From an uncultured delta proteobacterium (GTDB lineage Bacteria > Desulfobacterota > Desulfobacteria > Desulfobacterales > Desulfosalsimonadaceae): a stretch of 64,000 bases of DNA. Numbering within the stretch: the first letter of the stretch is position 1; each line of letters starts with the position of its first letter. Shown one piece after another: positions 1 to 9,888 of the stretch. Position numbers and translations under genes: made by a program. The notes beneath the pieces were generated by a model that was not told the origin of the DNA, ran no database searches, and saw only the letters and a list, made by a program, of their open reading frames with translations. Location of the stretch: positions 640,001 through 704,000 of the forward strand of contig CAWGYD010000006.1 in the NCBI GenBank assembly GCA_963826785.1. The letters are read 5' to 3'.

Positions 1-389
1 AGCTCGTACTGGCTCTGGGCTTCCTTGACCCCGGCTTCAGCCAGGGTGACCGCGATTTCATAATCGGTGGATTCGATTTTAAGCAGCCGCTCCCCGGCCT
101 TGAACGTCCCGCCGTTGATCAGGCTGGGGGATACGTCCGTGATCCGTCCGCCGACTTCCGGAATCAGCTGGATTTCGGATACCGGATGAACGGTCCCCTG
201 ACCGGTAAGGGTCATTTTCACATCCCCGGCAAGGGTTCCGATGGTCCGCACCATGGGAAGGGAAACTTCCACCTGCTGGCGGGCCAGGGCCGGGCGGCTG
301 GAACTGAGGACCTTGAAGCCGGCAATTCCCGAGGCGATGATGACAATCGTAATGACTGAATGAAAAATGATCTTGAATGTATTTTTCAT
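1..389 (-). CDS. RND efflux periplasmic adaptor (MFP) subunit, runs off window start
   Basis: Manual translation from ATG 389: MKNTFKIIFHSVITIVIIASGIAGF...GQGTVHPVSEIQLIPEVGGRITDVSPSLINGGTFKAGERLLKIESTDYE (N-terminal TM plus lipoyl-like half motif); RBS AAGGA; downstream of an OMF gene; absent from ORF track. Confidence 0.85.
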   Translation of the reverse strand, partial: MKNTFKIIFHSVITIVIIASGIAGFKVLSSSRPALARQQVEVSLPMVRTIGTLAGDVKMTLTGQGTVHPVSEIQLIPEVGGRITDVSPSLINGGTFKAGERLLKIESTDYEIAVTLAEAGVKEAQSQYE

Positions 390-447
390 GGTGTCCTTGA
401 GCTTATTATAAAGTTTGTGGATTTCATGAGAACGTCTTTGGTTGTTT

Positions 448-1878
448 TTAACCCCTGGCTTCTTGAGCTGAAAACAGGTGGTCCCATCCTCCGCCCAGGG
501 CGCGGTACAGCCCCACCCGGTTGGTGTAGATGGCCCGCTCGGAGTCGATCAGGTCAAGTTCAGCCTGGTACAGAGATTGCTGGGCATCCAGAACGTTCAA
601 GTAGTCGGTCAGGCCGCGGGTGTAGCGGTCATTGGCGATTTCCACCGTGCTTCTGGCTTCCTCCCGGAACTTGACCAGGAGATCGCGGCGTTCCAACTGC
701 TGCTGGCGGGTGAGAAGCGCCCCTTCGACTTCGGAAAAGGCATTGAGCACCTCTTTGGCATATGCGGCCTCCTCCTGCTGATACCGGGCTTCTGCGGCAC
801 GCTGGCCCGCGGACAGCCTTCCGGCGTTGAACACCGGTTGAAGGCCCTGGCTGGCGATGCGCCACAACTGGCTTGCGGGGGTGAACAGGGTATCGAGTGC
901 CGTGCTGGCGTACCCGAAGGTTCCCGTCAGGGTGATGCTGGGGAAGCGGCTGGCCTTGGCCACACCGATACGCGCACTGGCGGCCTGGAGGCGGGCTTCG
1001 GCCGCCCGGATGTCCGGCCGCCGGTTCAGCAGCTCGGAAGGCAGCCCCACCGGCACCGGGGGGAGCTGTGAAAACGTGTCCAGGTGTGCGGGCCGGGGTC
1101 CATCCGACCGGGGATAGGCCCCCTGGAGAATGGCCAGGGCATGCCGGGTCCGGCCGAGAACCTCCACCAGGGAAGGCAGCCGGGATTCGGCCTGGGCCAG
1201 TATCCGGCTGGCCTGTCTCACGTCCAGAACCGATGCCAGACCTTTTTGATACCGGTTGTCCACCAGTTTCAGGTTCTGCTGATAGGCCTCGACCATCTGG
1301 CGGTTGACGCCGATCTGCTGTTCCAGGGAGCGGATTTCGAGATACCGGGTGACGGCTTCTGCGATCATGGACTGGACGATGGTGCGCCGGTTTTCCTCCG
1401 AGGCCATCAGTTCGGCGGCGGATGCTTCCGAAGCCCGCGCGAGCCGGCCCCACAGGTCGAGTTCAAAGGAAGCCGGCAGTGAAAGGGAAAACGAATTGGC
1501 GGTGTCGCTTTTTTTGCCCCCGGTCACCGGATCGATGGTGGGCTGCTGCTGCCGGGAGGTTTCGGCATCGAGGTTGAACTCCGGATACCGATTGGCCTCG
1601 GTCTGGTTCAAAGAGGCGCGGGCTTCCATGACCCGGGCGGCGGCCTGGTGAATATCCGGATTGTTTATGGCCACACTGGCAACGATGGCGTCGAGTGCGG
1701 GATCATTGAAATCCTTCCACCATTCATCCGGCGGCATATAGGTTTGGGTACTGACCTGGCCGCCCTGATAGGCCAACGGAACTGCAAAATCGGATGCCGG
1801 CCGCGTGTAATCAGGGCCCACTTTCATGCAGCCTGACAGTGTCAACGCTGCAAGCAAAAAGATCATTGGTCGATACAT
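448..1878 (-). CDS. Efflux outer membrane factor lipoprotein (NodT/OprM/TolC family)
   Basis: Lipobox LSGC-MKVGPDY; motifs FELDLWGRL, PSELLNRRPDIRAAE, LYRALGGGW; start moved to ATG 1878. Confidence 0.93.
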   Translation of the reverse strand: MYRPMIFLLAALTLSGCMKVGPDYTRPASDFAVPLAYQGGQVSTQTYMPPDEWWKDFNDPALDAIVASVAINNPDIHQAAARVMEARASLNQTEANRYPEFNLDAETSRQQQPTIDPVTGGKKSDTANSFSLSLPASFELDLWGRLARASEASAAELMASEENRRTIVQSMIAEAVTRYLEIRSLEQQIGVNRQMVEAYQQNLKLVDNRYQKGLASVLDVRQASRILAQAESRLPSLVEVLGRTRHALAILQGAYPRSDGPRPAHLDTFSQLPPVPVGLPSELLNRRPDIRAAEARLQAASARIGVAKASRFPSITLTGTFGYASTALDTLFTPASQLWRIASQGLQPVFNAGRLSAGQRAAEARYQQEEAAYAKEVLNAFSEVEGALLTRQQQLERRDLLVKFREEARSTVEIANDRYTRGLTDYLNVLDAQQSLYQAELDLIDSERAIYTNRVGLYRALGGGWDHLFSAQEARG

Positions 1879-2179
1879 GTGGTTGGGGTCGCTCCTGTTC
1901 CATAAGCCGAAAGGCCCTGGAGCGCGGGAAGCGGGAGTCACATCGCTGGCGGTCGAATAAGGGGTGAATACGGGATCTTGCCGATATGACAGGAACTGAA
2001 AACGCGGGAAATCTTATCGGGGTGCCGGTGGAATCGGCAGGATCGGTTCACAAACGCCGTATTGATATGGCCGTGTTTTTTCTCCGGCCGCAATCCAGGC
2101 TTTTCGTTGGTGAGGTGGTTGCTAAAAAATCAGTATTTCTGTTTCCTTGAAATTATGTGCGGTTAATTACTGGAGAGAG

Positions 2180-2208
2180 CTTGTAATAAACATGGCTTTT
2201 GATGTCAA
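2180..2208 (-). promoter_or_regulatory. Candidate sigma70 promoter of efflux operon
   Basis: TTGACA-N17-TACAAG on minus strand. Confidence 0.4.
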
Positions 2209-2456
2209 GCCATTTCGTTGCAGCCGCTGAGCACCTCCCTCGGGGCCAAAGAGCGCAGGATGCGTTCCGGTGCGGTCCTGCCGGTCTGCAGGGGGGGCTC
2301 TTACTGTCATTCCCGTGGAGGCCGTCCCAGGGGTGTGGGTCTTCGGCATTCATCCATGGCGATACATATTTATTGAAATCAGTTAATAAATGTCATAGAC
2401 GGGAAGATGAGTGCATCATAATTCTGAGATGCCGTTTTTTTCACAAGGATCCCAGC

Positions 2457-3323
2457 TTGCAATTCCCCATTCGCAAAAAGCTGTTTTACAGCCACTTCCT
2501 GGCCGTGCTGCTGGTATCGGGCAGCATCGGAACCTACTTCTATCATAGTGCCACCAGTACACTGTTTTCCCACTTGCGCAACCGGCTGATGAACAGTGCG
2601 GCCCTGATCAGCCGTACGATCGATGCCCGGAATCTCGTCGACATCCGGGAACCGTCCGATGTAAACCGTCCCTCGTACCACAAGCATCTTCAGATGCTCC
2701 GGGAATTTCAGGCAGCCAATGAGGATATTGCCTTCATCTACGCGATGAAACGGATCGGGGACAAGGTGGTATTTGTCATCGATTCCGACACATCCGAAAA
2801 ACAGGCACTTCCCGGACGCCCATATGAGGCCGACGCCCCCCACCTGCGTAGCGGATTTACCGCCCTGACCGCTGATTCCAGCACCATCCTCGAACAGGAA
2901 ATCCGGCAAATCCGCCGAAGCGGCACCGAATCCTCCCTGATCCTGGTCGACATGGATCATTTCAAACGTATCAATGACCGGTTCGGACACGCGGCGGGTG
3001 ACAGGGTGCTGGCCCATGCCGCCCGAATTCTCAAGGGCATTCTGAGAAACCAGGATGCCGTGTCCCGGTGGGGCGGCGAGGAACTGCTCATCCTGCTTCC
3101 GCGGACAGCGGGAGATGGCGCGGCCCGTGTAGCGGAAAATATCCGCGCCGCTTTTGCCGGTCAGCCCGTAAGAATCGATGATCAGGATATCCGGGTAACG
3201 GCCAGTCTCGGGGTCTGTCCCATGAGCGGCGCGATGAGCATCGACGAATATTTCCGCGAGGCGGATAAGGCCATGTACAGGGCCAAGGCAGAGGGACGAA
3301 ACCGCATCGTAATGGCCGGATAA
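2457..3323 (+). CDS. Diguanylate cyclase (GGDEF, GGEEL variant) with N-terminal TM and extracytoplasmic sensor; appears internally deleted
   Basis: DMDHFKRINDRFGHAAGD, RWGGEEL, ADKAMYRAKAEGRN; likely TTG start 2457 after AAGGA; no second TM/HAMP and no DxLTGxxNR. Confidence 0.75.
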   Translation: MQFPIRKKLFYSHFLAVLLVSGSIGTYFYHSATSTLFSHLRNRLMNSAALISRTIDARNLVDIREPSDVNRPSYHKHLQMLREFQAANEDIAFIYAMKRIGDKVVFVIDSDTSEKQALPGRPYEADAPHLRSGFTALTADSSTILEQEIRQIRRSGTESSLILVDMDHFKRINDRFGHAAGDRVLAHAARILKGILRNQDAVSRWGGEELLILLPRTAGDGAARVAENIRAAFAGQPVRIDDQDIRVTASLGVCPMSGAMSIDEYFREADKAMYRAKAEGRNRIVMAG

Positions 3324-3468
3324 TCCGGGTTTGCCCCTTTAACAGAAAACACCGGCGAGGCAACGGCTGTCCGCAGGGCCTCACCGGATCATCACCCCTT
3401 TCGCCTGCCGGGATTGCGGACACAAAATGGCGATGAAGGGTCCCCTGAAATACAGAAAGGAGAAATTC

Positions 3469-5346
3469 ATGTTTTTGGTCAAGAGGCTTACCCTTGGAAT
3501 TGCCGCCATTCTGATTCCATTTTTCATGCTGCTTTCATTCGGAATGCTTTCCGGGTGTGATGACGATGGCGACAACAACATCCGCTCCCTCACCATCCTG
3601 GAGACTTCCGATATGCACAACCACGCCAGCGGATACGGGCCCTATGCTGATTATACGCCCGAAGACACTTCGGACAGTGACTCCGTGACCGGTGGATACG
3701 CCCGGCTTGCCGGAGAAATTAGCGATATCCGCGCCGAACGGGATGCGGAGCAGATTCCCGTGGTGCTGGTCGATGCCGGTGATTTTTTCATGGGCACGAT
3801 CTATGATTTGGCCTCCATGCCGCCGGTGACCCTGGCGTTCCTGAAAGCCGCGGGATACGATGCGGTCACATTGGGCAACCATGAATTCGACTGGGGGCCG
3901 GCGGGGCTGGCGATGATGCTGGGGGCCGGCCTGAATTCCGGTTTTGATGTGCCGATTGTGGCCACCACCATGGTGACCGATCCGGATGATTCGGCCGATG
4001 ACGGCATTGAAGCCCTGGTTGCCGGCCAAACGATCGTCTCCAAAAAGATCCTGGAAACATCGAATGGTTTGAAGATTGGAATTCTCGGCGTTTTCGGTCC
4101 GGATGCCATCCAGGACATGCCGGCGGCGGCACCGGTGACATTTGAAACGGATTATGCATTCATTCAGGGGAAGGTGGATGACCTGAAGCAAAATGACAAG
4201 GTGGACATGGTGGTGGTTCTTTCCCATGGCGGTGTGGAAACCGATGGCACCGGAGACGATGCCGACCTGGCCGAAAATGTCACGGGAATCGATGTCATCG
4301 CGTCCGGCCACTACCATACCGCTGCCGGCGAAGCCCTCACGAAGGGGGAATCCAACACCATTATCATGTCCCCGGGTTACTATGGCCAGTGGTTGAGCCG
4401 CCTGGATCTCGAGTACAACCGCAAGACGGGTAAAGTTATTTCGTCCAAGTACACACTGGTACCCATCGATGATACCGTTGAAGGCGATCCGGCGGTGAAT
4501 CTGCTGGTTGAGAATGCAGAGACGGAAATCAATGCCACCCTGGCTCAGTTTGGTCTTGGCGGTGCGGGTGACCCGGTGGGGAGTACCTCGTTCACCCTCG
4601 GGCTCGAACCCTTCACGGAGAGCGGCCTGGGCAACATGACCGCAGACGCGCTACGATTTGCCGCAAGCCAGACTTCCGCCGTCCCCTATGATGTCGGCGT
4701 CGTGGCCGACGGGGTGATCCGGGATTATCTGTATCCGGGAAAAACCGGCGTGATCACCCTGGCCGATGCCTACAATGTGCTGCCGCTGGGCATATCCCCG
4801 GTGACAGGCACTCCCGGCTACCCGCTGATGTCCGTTTACATCAATGGCCCGGAATTGAGGACCATGTGTGAAATATCCGCAAGCCTTTCCAGGGCGCTGG
4901 GGAATGATTTTTACCTCAATGTTTCCGGCATCCGGTATGAAATCGACCCGCAAGGGACGCCGGGAGCCATGGTGCAGCGGGTTTACCTGGTTCCGGGAAA
5001 TGATTTCGAAACGGTATCCTCGGGCACCCAGATCGATATCACGGATGAGACCACTCTGTACCATGTCGTGGCGGATTATTACATGCTGCGGATGATGGAT
5101 GTGGCCGTCAGTATGGGCATTTCAATCGTTCCCAAGGATTCGGAGGGAAATCCGATTCCAAAAGAAGCCTATCTGGATCATCGCGTGGACATGGATCCGT
5201 CAAGCGACGGCATCCAGGAACTCAAAGGGTGGACAGCCATGCTGGCCTGGTTTCAATATCTCGCCCAGGCACATGGGGGCGTGGTTCCCGAAGCGGCGTA
5301 CGGCCCCGGCGGAACCGCATTTGGGAGAGCCGGTATCCTTCAGTAA
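3469..5346 (+). CDS. Bifunctional metallophosphatase/5'-nucleotidase lipoprotein
   Basis: Lipobox LSGC; motifs TSDMHN, DAGDF, LGNHEFD, LSHGG, SGHYH; C-terminal nucleotidase domain; RBS AAAGGAG before ATG 3469. Confidence 0.9.
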   Translation: MFLVKRLTLGIAAILIPFFMLLSFGMLSGCDDDGDNNIRSLTILETSDMHNHASGYGPYADYTPEDTSDSDSVTGGYARLAGEISDIRAERDAEQIPVVLVDAGDFFMGTIYDLASMPPVTLAFLKAAGYDAVTLGNHEFDWGPAGLAMMLGAGLNSGFDVPIVATTMVTDPDDSADDGIEALVAGQTIVSKKILETSNGLKIGILGVFGPDAIQDMPAAAPVTFETDYAFIQGKVDDLKQNDKVDMVVVLSHGGVETDGTGDDADLAENVTGIDVIASGHYHTAAGEALTKGESNTIIMSPGYYGQWLSRLDLEYNRKTGKVISSKYTLVPIDDTVEGDPAVNLLVENAETEINATLAQFGLGGAGDPVGSTSFTLGLEPFTESGLGNMTADALRFAASQTSAVPYDVGVVADGVIRDYLYPGKTGVITLADAYNVLPLGISPVTGTPGYPLMSVYINGPELRTMCEISASLSRALGNDFYLNVSGIRYEIDPQGTPGAMVQRVYLVPGNDFETVSSGTQIDITDETTLYHVVADYYMLRMMDVAVSMGISIVPKDSEGNPIPKEAYLDHRVDMDPSSDGIQELKGWTAMLAWFQYLAQAHGGVVPEAAYGPGGTAFGRAGILQ

Positions 5347-5357
5347 GGTATTTCAGT

Positions 5358-5394
5358 GCGTGCGATTCCGCATACCGAAAGCGGAATCGCATGC
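5358..5394. terminator. Hairpin/bidirectional terminator between convergent genes
   Basis: GCGTGCGATTCCGC-N9-GCGGAATCGCATGC. Confidence 0.65.
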
Positions 5395-5418
5395 TTTCTC
5401 TCTCTGATGCGATCTGAA

Positions 5419-6153
5419 TCAGTCGCTACCCTGATGGTGCCCTTCTTCTTCATGATCCTTGTGGCCGCTCCACAGGTAATTCAGGTACTCATACAGGGCT
5501 GCGGCCTGGTCCTGAGAGATGCTCTGCGGTGAAAAAGGGGGCATGGGTTCTTCCGGGGAGCGGATCCAGCCGGTCAGGGTCTGGCTGGACGCCAGTTTAT
5601 CCGAACCCACAATGGTCATTTTGGGTTTGAGGATATTTCCCCCATAGGGGTGGCAGCCGCTGCAGTTGCCCCGGAACACTTTTTCGCCCAGGCTGTATTG
5701 GGCAGGGGCGTGGGGCGCACGGTCCCCGAAGACCAGGTTCGCCCCGAAATAGCCCAGGGCCACCACGGTCACCCCGCTGACCAGATAGATGAGCAGCAGG
5801 GGAATGGTCACCCGCTGACTTTTTTGCCCCACCAGGATGCCCAGAAGCAGAAGAACAAAAAAGAAACAGGCCAGTCCGACCTTCACCCGGATGGGAAACA
5901 GCCACTCCCCGTGGTAGAAGTGCTGCCAATCCATGAAGGCGCCGGCCACAGTGGGAAAAATAAACAGGAAGGCCAGGATGTAGGTGTACCGCGCGGCTTT
6001 GTCCATACCGGCATTTTTGGTCCATAACGCGGCAATGGCCAGCACGATGGTGCCGATCACCAGGCCGATCGGCATGTTGACCTGGGTGGGATGGACCGGA
6101 TGAAAATATCCGATGGCTTCCAATGCGCTGTAAAATCCGTCAAACATATTCAC
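5419..6153 (-). CDS. DUF2231-like membrane domain fused to monoheme cytochrome c
   Basis: HPVHP..MPIG start, 4 TMs ending LGYFGANLVFG, CSGCH heme motif, distal MPPF Met ligand, His-rich tail. Confidence 0.78.
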   Translation of the reverse strand: MNMFDGFYSALEAIGYFHPVHPTQVNMPIGLVIGTIVLAIAALWTKNAGMDKAARYTYILAFLFIFPTVAGAFMDWQHFYHGEWLFPIRVKVGLACFFFVLLLLGILVGQKSQRVTIPLLLIYLVSGVTVVALGYFGANLVFGDRAPHAPAQYSLGEKVFRGNCSGCHPYGGNILKPKMTIVGSDKLASSQTLTGWIRSPEEPMPPFSPQSISQDQAAALYEYLNYLWSGHKDHEEEGHHQGSD

Positions 6154-6318
6154 CCCCGGTCAATTGATTTTTTCCAATACTATATAACCATGGTAATGAC
6201 CTTCTTATAGTCCACGCTGAAAAGCCATGGGGATCCTCCCCCATTTTTTAAGGTGAATCGCTGTATTTCATCATGATCGGGAGAGGGTGACCCGGGCGAA
6301 AATGCCGCGCGTCCGCCA

Positions 6319-6441
6319 TCAGCCCGAGATGAACAGAAATGCGAACAAAAAGCGCGCGGCCCGGGCCAGCAGCAGGCAGGCGAGCAGTCCGCCGTACCAC
6401 AGACCGGCAAACCAAATCCACTGGCGTCTCTTTTGATTCAT
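6319..6441 (-). CDS. Small membrane peptide, DUF2474-like putative cytochrome bd accessory subunit
   Basis: MNQKRRQWIWFAGLWYGGLLACLLLARAARFLFAFLFISG (40 aa, one TM) directly after cydB; not in ORF track. Confidence 0.65.
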   Translation of the reverse strand: MNQKRRQWIWFAGLWYGGLLACLLLARAARFLFAFLFISG

Positions 6442-6510
6442 TTCGTGTTCAATCGGATACCAGGGCGCCGATGACGCAGCCGACAAATATGGCGCCGGGC
6501 GAAATCAGGT

Positions 6511-7530
6511 TCAGTAAGTGCTCTCATGGGATACCTTCCCCCTGAAGATGTAGTAATTATAACCGGTATAAGCGAGGATGACCGGCAGCAGGATGACGGT
6601 GCCGATGAGCATCAGGGACTGGGATTCCGGCGGGGCGGCCGCCTGGCGGAAGGTGATGGCAAAGGGGACCACATAAGGCCACATGCTCACCGCAATCCCG
6701 ATAAACCCGGTAAAAAACAGGCCGAAGCTCAAAAAGAAGGGGCGATACTCCCTGTCCGTGTGCAGGTCTCGCCAGGTGACGACGAGCAGGATCAGGCTGG
6801 CTAAGGGGATGGGAAACAAGAATAAGATGTTGGGCATGGAAAACCACAGCTCCCGGATATTTGCATCCATGGCCGGCATGCTGATACTGACCATCGCCAG
6901 GAACACGGCCTGGTAGATGATGGTGTAGGATGCGCTTTCCCGGGCCCAGGCCTGGGTTTCTCCGTCGGTTTTCATCACCACCCAGGTGCCGCCCAGCAGG
7001 GCGTATCCAAAAATCACGGCAATGCCGGTCATGATGCTGTAGGCATTCACCCAGTCGAATGCGCCTCCGGCAAAGCTGCGGCCGGAAACGGTAAATCCCT
7101 GCACGAAATTTCCCACGATGATGCCCTGCATGAACGCCGCCACCAGCGATCCGAAATGAAACGAATAATCCCAGATGCGGCGGTCCCCGGCTCCTGCCTT
7201 GAACCGGAATTCGAATGCCACCCCTCGGAAAATAAGACCCAGCAGCATGAGAATCACCGGCATGTACAGCGCCGGCATGAGAACGGCGTACCCCAGCGGA
7301 AATGCGGCCAGAAGCCCGCCGCCGCCCAGCACCAGCCAGGTTTCGTTTCCGTCCCAGAAGGGGGCGACGGAATTCATCATGCGATCCCGGCACTGGTCGG
7401 TGGGGGCAAAGGGGAACAGGATACCCACCCCCAGGTCGAACCCGTCGAGCAGGACATACAGAAAAATGGCGATGCCGATCAGCCCGTACCAGATCAGTGC
7501 CACGTCGATATATGCTTCCAGATTAATCAT
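6511..7530 (-). CDS. cydB: Cytochrome bd quinol oxidase subunit II
   Basis: LDGFDLGVG, PFWDGNETWLV, RGVAFEFR; overlaps cydA stop. Confidence 0.96.
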   Translation of the reverse strand: MINLEAYIDVALIWYGLIGIAIFLYVLLDGFDLGVGILFPFAPTDQCRDRMMNSVAPFWDGNETWLVLGGGGLLAAFPLGYAVLMPALYMPVILMLLGLIFRGVAFEFRFKAGAGDRRIWDYSFHFGSLVAAFMQGIIVGNFVQGFTVSGRSFAGGAFDWVNAYSIMTGIAVIFGYALLGGTWVVMKTDGETQAWARESASYTIIYQAVFLAMVSISMPAMDANIRELWFSMPNILFLFPIPLASLILLVVTWRDLHTDREYRPFFLSFGLFFTGFIGIAVSMWPYVVPFAITFRQAAAPPESQSLMLIGTVILLPVILAYTGYNYYIFRGKVSHESTY

Positions 7531-8927
7531 GGCCGGCCTCCTTTTTTATCAGCCATACCCGTAATGAGGGGCGGTTTTTTCACCCCGTGTTCACCATATA
7601 CTCCATTTTGCGTGTCCGGGCCTTTGCCGATCAGCTGCAGGATATAATAACTCCCGGCGCCGAATACACACAGGTAGACGATGATGAAAGCGGCCAGGGA
7701 AAGGGCCACGGAAAGCCCGATGACCGGGGAGGCGGCATCCCGGGTCCTGAGTACGCCGTATATGACCCAGGGCTGCCGGCCGACTTCGGTGACGATCCAT
7801 CCGCTCAGCACGGCCGCAAATCCCGCCGGGGTGACGGCCATGCACCAGAGCTGAAACCACCGGGTGGTAAACAGCCGTCTGGTAAAATAGAGCACCACGG
7901 CGATCAACCCGGTGGCGATCATCAGCAGCCCGATCCCCACCATTACGCGAAACGCCCAGAATACCACCGCCACCGGCGGCCGTTCGTCTTTTGGCCAGTC
8001 TTTCAGCCCCCGGACCTCCCCATTGAAATCATGGGTGAGAATCAGGCTGGAAAGCTTGGGGATTTCCAGCGCATACCGGTTGGTCTCCGCCTTCTCGTCC
8101 GGCCAGCCGAACAGCACCAGGGGGGCGCCCGTTCGGGTTTCCCACAATGCTTCCATGGCCGATACCTTGACGGGCTGATGTTTCAAGGTGTTGAGCCCGT
8201 GCAGGTCGCCGAACAGGAGCTGCAGCGGGGCCACGAAGATCGCCATGATCATGGCCATGCCCAGCATCACCCGGGCATGGGGCACATACCGGTCGCGCCA
8301 GAGATAGTAGGCACCGATGCCGCCCACGGTAAATGCGGTGGTCAGGTAGGCGGCGGTGACCATGTGCACGAACCGGTAGGGAAAAGATGGATTGAAAATG
8401 ATATCCATCCAGTCGGTGGGATAGGGCATTCCCGCGTCGGTGATCCTGAAACCGGCCGGGGTCTGCATCCAGCTGTTGGCCGACAGGATCCAGAAAGCCG
8501 AAATCAGCGTTCCCGCGGCCACGATCAGGGTGGCGGCGAAATGCATTTTCGGGCTGACCCGTTCCCAGCCAAAGAGCATCACGCCCAGGAAGGATGCCTC
8601 CAGGAAGAAGGCGGTGAGCACTTCAAATCCAAGCAGCGGCCCCAGGACATTTCCGCCGTGATCCGAAAACACCGACCAGTTGGTGCCGAACTGAAACGAC
8701 ATGACCACCCCTGAAACCACGCCCATGCCGAAGGCGACCGCGAAAATCTTGACCCACATGCGGTAGACTTCCATGTAGACGGAATTTCCGGTGCTCAGGA
8801 ATCGCCATTCCAGCATCGCCAGCCAGCTGGCCAGTCCGATGGTAAACGCTGGAAATAAAATGTGAAAGGCAATGACAAAGCTGAACTGAATACGGGAGAG
8901 CAGGACGGGATCCAGGTTTTCAAGCAT
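7527..8927 (-). CDS. cydA: Cytochrome bd quinol oxidase subunit I (short Q-loop)
   Basis: SRIQF...FHILFP, FQFGTNW, ANSWMQTP, QPVKVSAME, TEVGRQPW. Confidence 0.96.
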   Translation of the reverse strand: MLENLDPVLLSRIQFSFVIAFHILFPAFTIGLASWLAMLEWRFLSTGNSVYMEVYRMWVKIFAVAFGMGVVSGVVMSFQFGTNWSVFSDHGGNVLGPLLGFEVLTAFFLEASFLGVMLFGWERVSPKMHFAATLIVAAGTLISAFWILSANSWMQTPAGFRITDAGMPYPTDWMDIIFNPSFPYRFVHMVTAAYLTTAFTVGGIGAYYLWRDRYVPHARVMLGMAMIMAIFVAPLQLLFGDLHGLNTLKHQPVKVSAMEALWETRTGAPLVLFGWPDEKAETNRYALEIPKLSSLILTHDFNGEVRGLKDWPKDERPPVAVVFWAFRVMVGIGLLMIATGLIAVVLYFTRRLFTTRWFQLWCMAVTPAGFAAVLSGWIVTEVGRQPWVIYGVLRTRDAASPVIGLSVALSLAAFIIVYLCVFGAGSYYILQLIGKGPDTQNGVYGEHGVKKPPLITGMADKKGGRP

Positions 8928-9176
8928 GGTCGAATCCTTTTTTGTAGTTTATTCATCAGCCGGCGGGCCAATCTGCATGCCGCTTCGTCTGCATAAATCC
9001 GTCGATAACTTTATACTTATATATACTCTTTTGATATATTTCAACTTTGAAGGAAGCGGAAAAGAACAAGGGGTTGCATTTGCCCGTTTTGCAGATTAAG
9101 AAAGAGGGCTTGAGGAAAAATGCACTTTCGCCTCACGTCAGGCAAAAACAGACTTCAACGCGATCGGATATGACCC

Positions 9177-9875
9177 ATGATTCAGAAAATTTCTTCCTGC
9201 GACGATACCCAATGCTATATTGTTTCGGAGCATTTTCTCGAGTACTTCACAGACGACGGCCATGTCAGCAAGTTTGACCGGGTGCTGATGGATATCGCCA
9301 AAATTTACGGCAATGCCATCCTCATCGGGGCGGTGGGCGCATCGAAATACATCCTGCATCCGGTTGAGCCGCGAGTCACCTTTGACATCGACCTGATTGT
9401 CGATGAGCCGGACTTCGAGGATTTTTTAAACGATGAAATCCCCGAAGAAAAGCGTAAACTGCTGGATGCCCTCTTCAAGACCTCAGATTCGGCAATCCAC
9501 AGCCTCAAGCACGCCGCCACCGGAATTTACGTGGATCTGCTGTCTGCGACCAGCCAATCGGTTCGGGGAAAGCTGATCCGCCATATCCTTTCGCACCGGC
9601 AGGAAACCACCAACATTTTGACGTTAAACGGATGCAAGATCGAAATCTTAAAACCCGAACTGCTGATTGCCATGAAGCTCAACCGCTATACCAAAAACCC
9701 CCGGACCGAAAAAGGACTGGCGGATCGCCTGGACACGGTTAAAATCTTGAAGTCGTATTATCACCAGAAAGACCTGTTCGACCCGGAAAAGATCCGCATG
9801 TTCCTCAACCGCAGGGAGATCCCCCACCTGGATGAAATCCTCAAAGACGTGACCTGCGAGATGTGCGAAGCCTAA
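9177..9875 (+). CDS. Nucleotidyltransferase-fold protein (AbiEii/DUF6036-like)
   Basis: LIGAVGA...PRVTFDIDLIV, VDLL, PELLIAMKL...K..AD..D pattern. Confidence 0.55.
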   Translation: MIQKISSCDDTQCYIVSEHFLEYFTDDGHVSKFDRVLMDIAKIYGNAILIGAVGASKYILHPVEPRVTFDIDLIVDEPDFEDFLNDEIPEEKRKLLDALFKTSDSAIHSLKHAATGIYVDLLSATSQSVRGKLIRHILSHRQETTNILTLNGCKIEILKPELLIAMKLNRYTKNPRTEKGLADRLDTVKILKSYYHQKDLFDPEKIRMFLNRREIPHLDEILKDVTCEMCEA

Positions 9876-9888
9876 AAACTCAGGATTT

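Noticed and set aside
2205..2360. Known riboswitch, 6S or SRP RNA
   Set aside because: No c-di-GMP, SAM, TPP, B12, SRP or 6S consensus recognised; kept only as a hairpin
9031..9045. FNR-like site upstream of cydA
   Set aside because: TTGAT-N5-TTCAA has wrong spacing and a mismatch in AT-rich context
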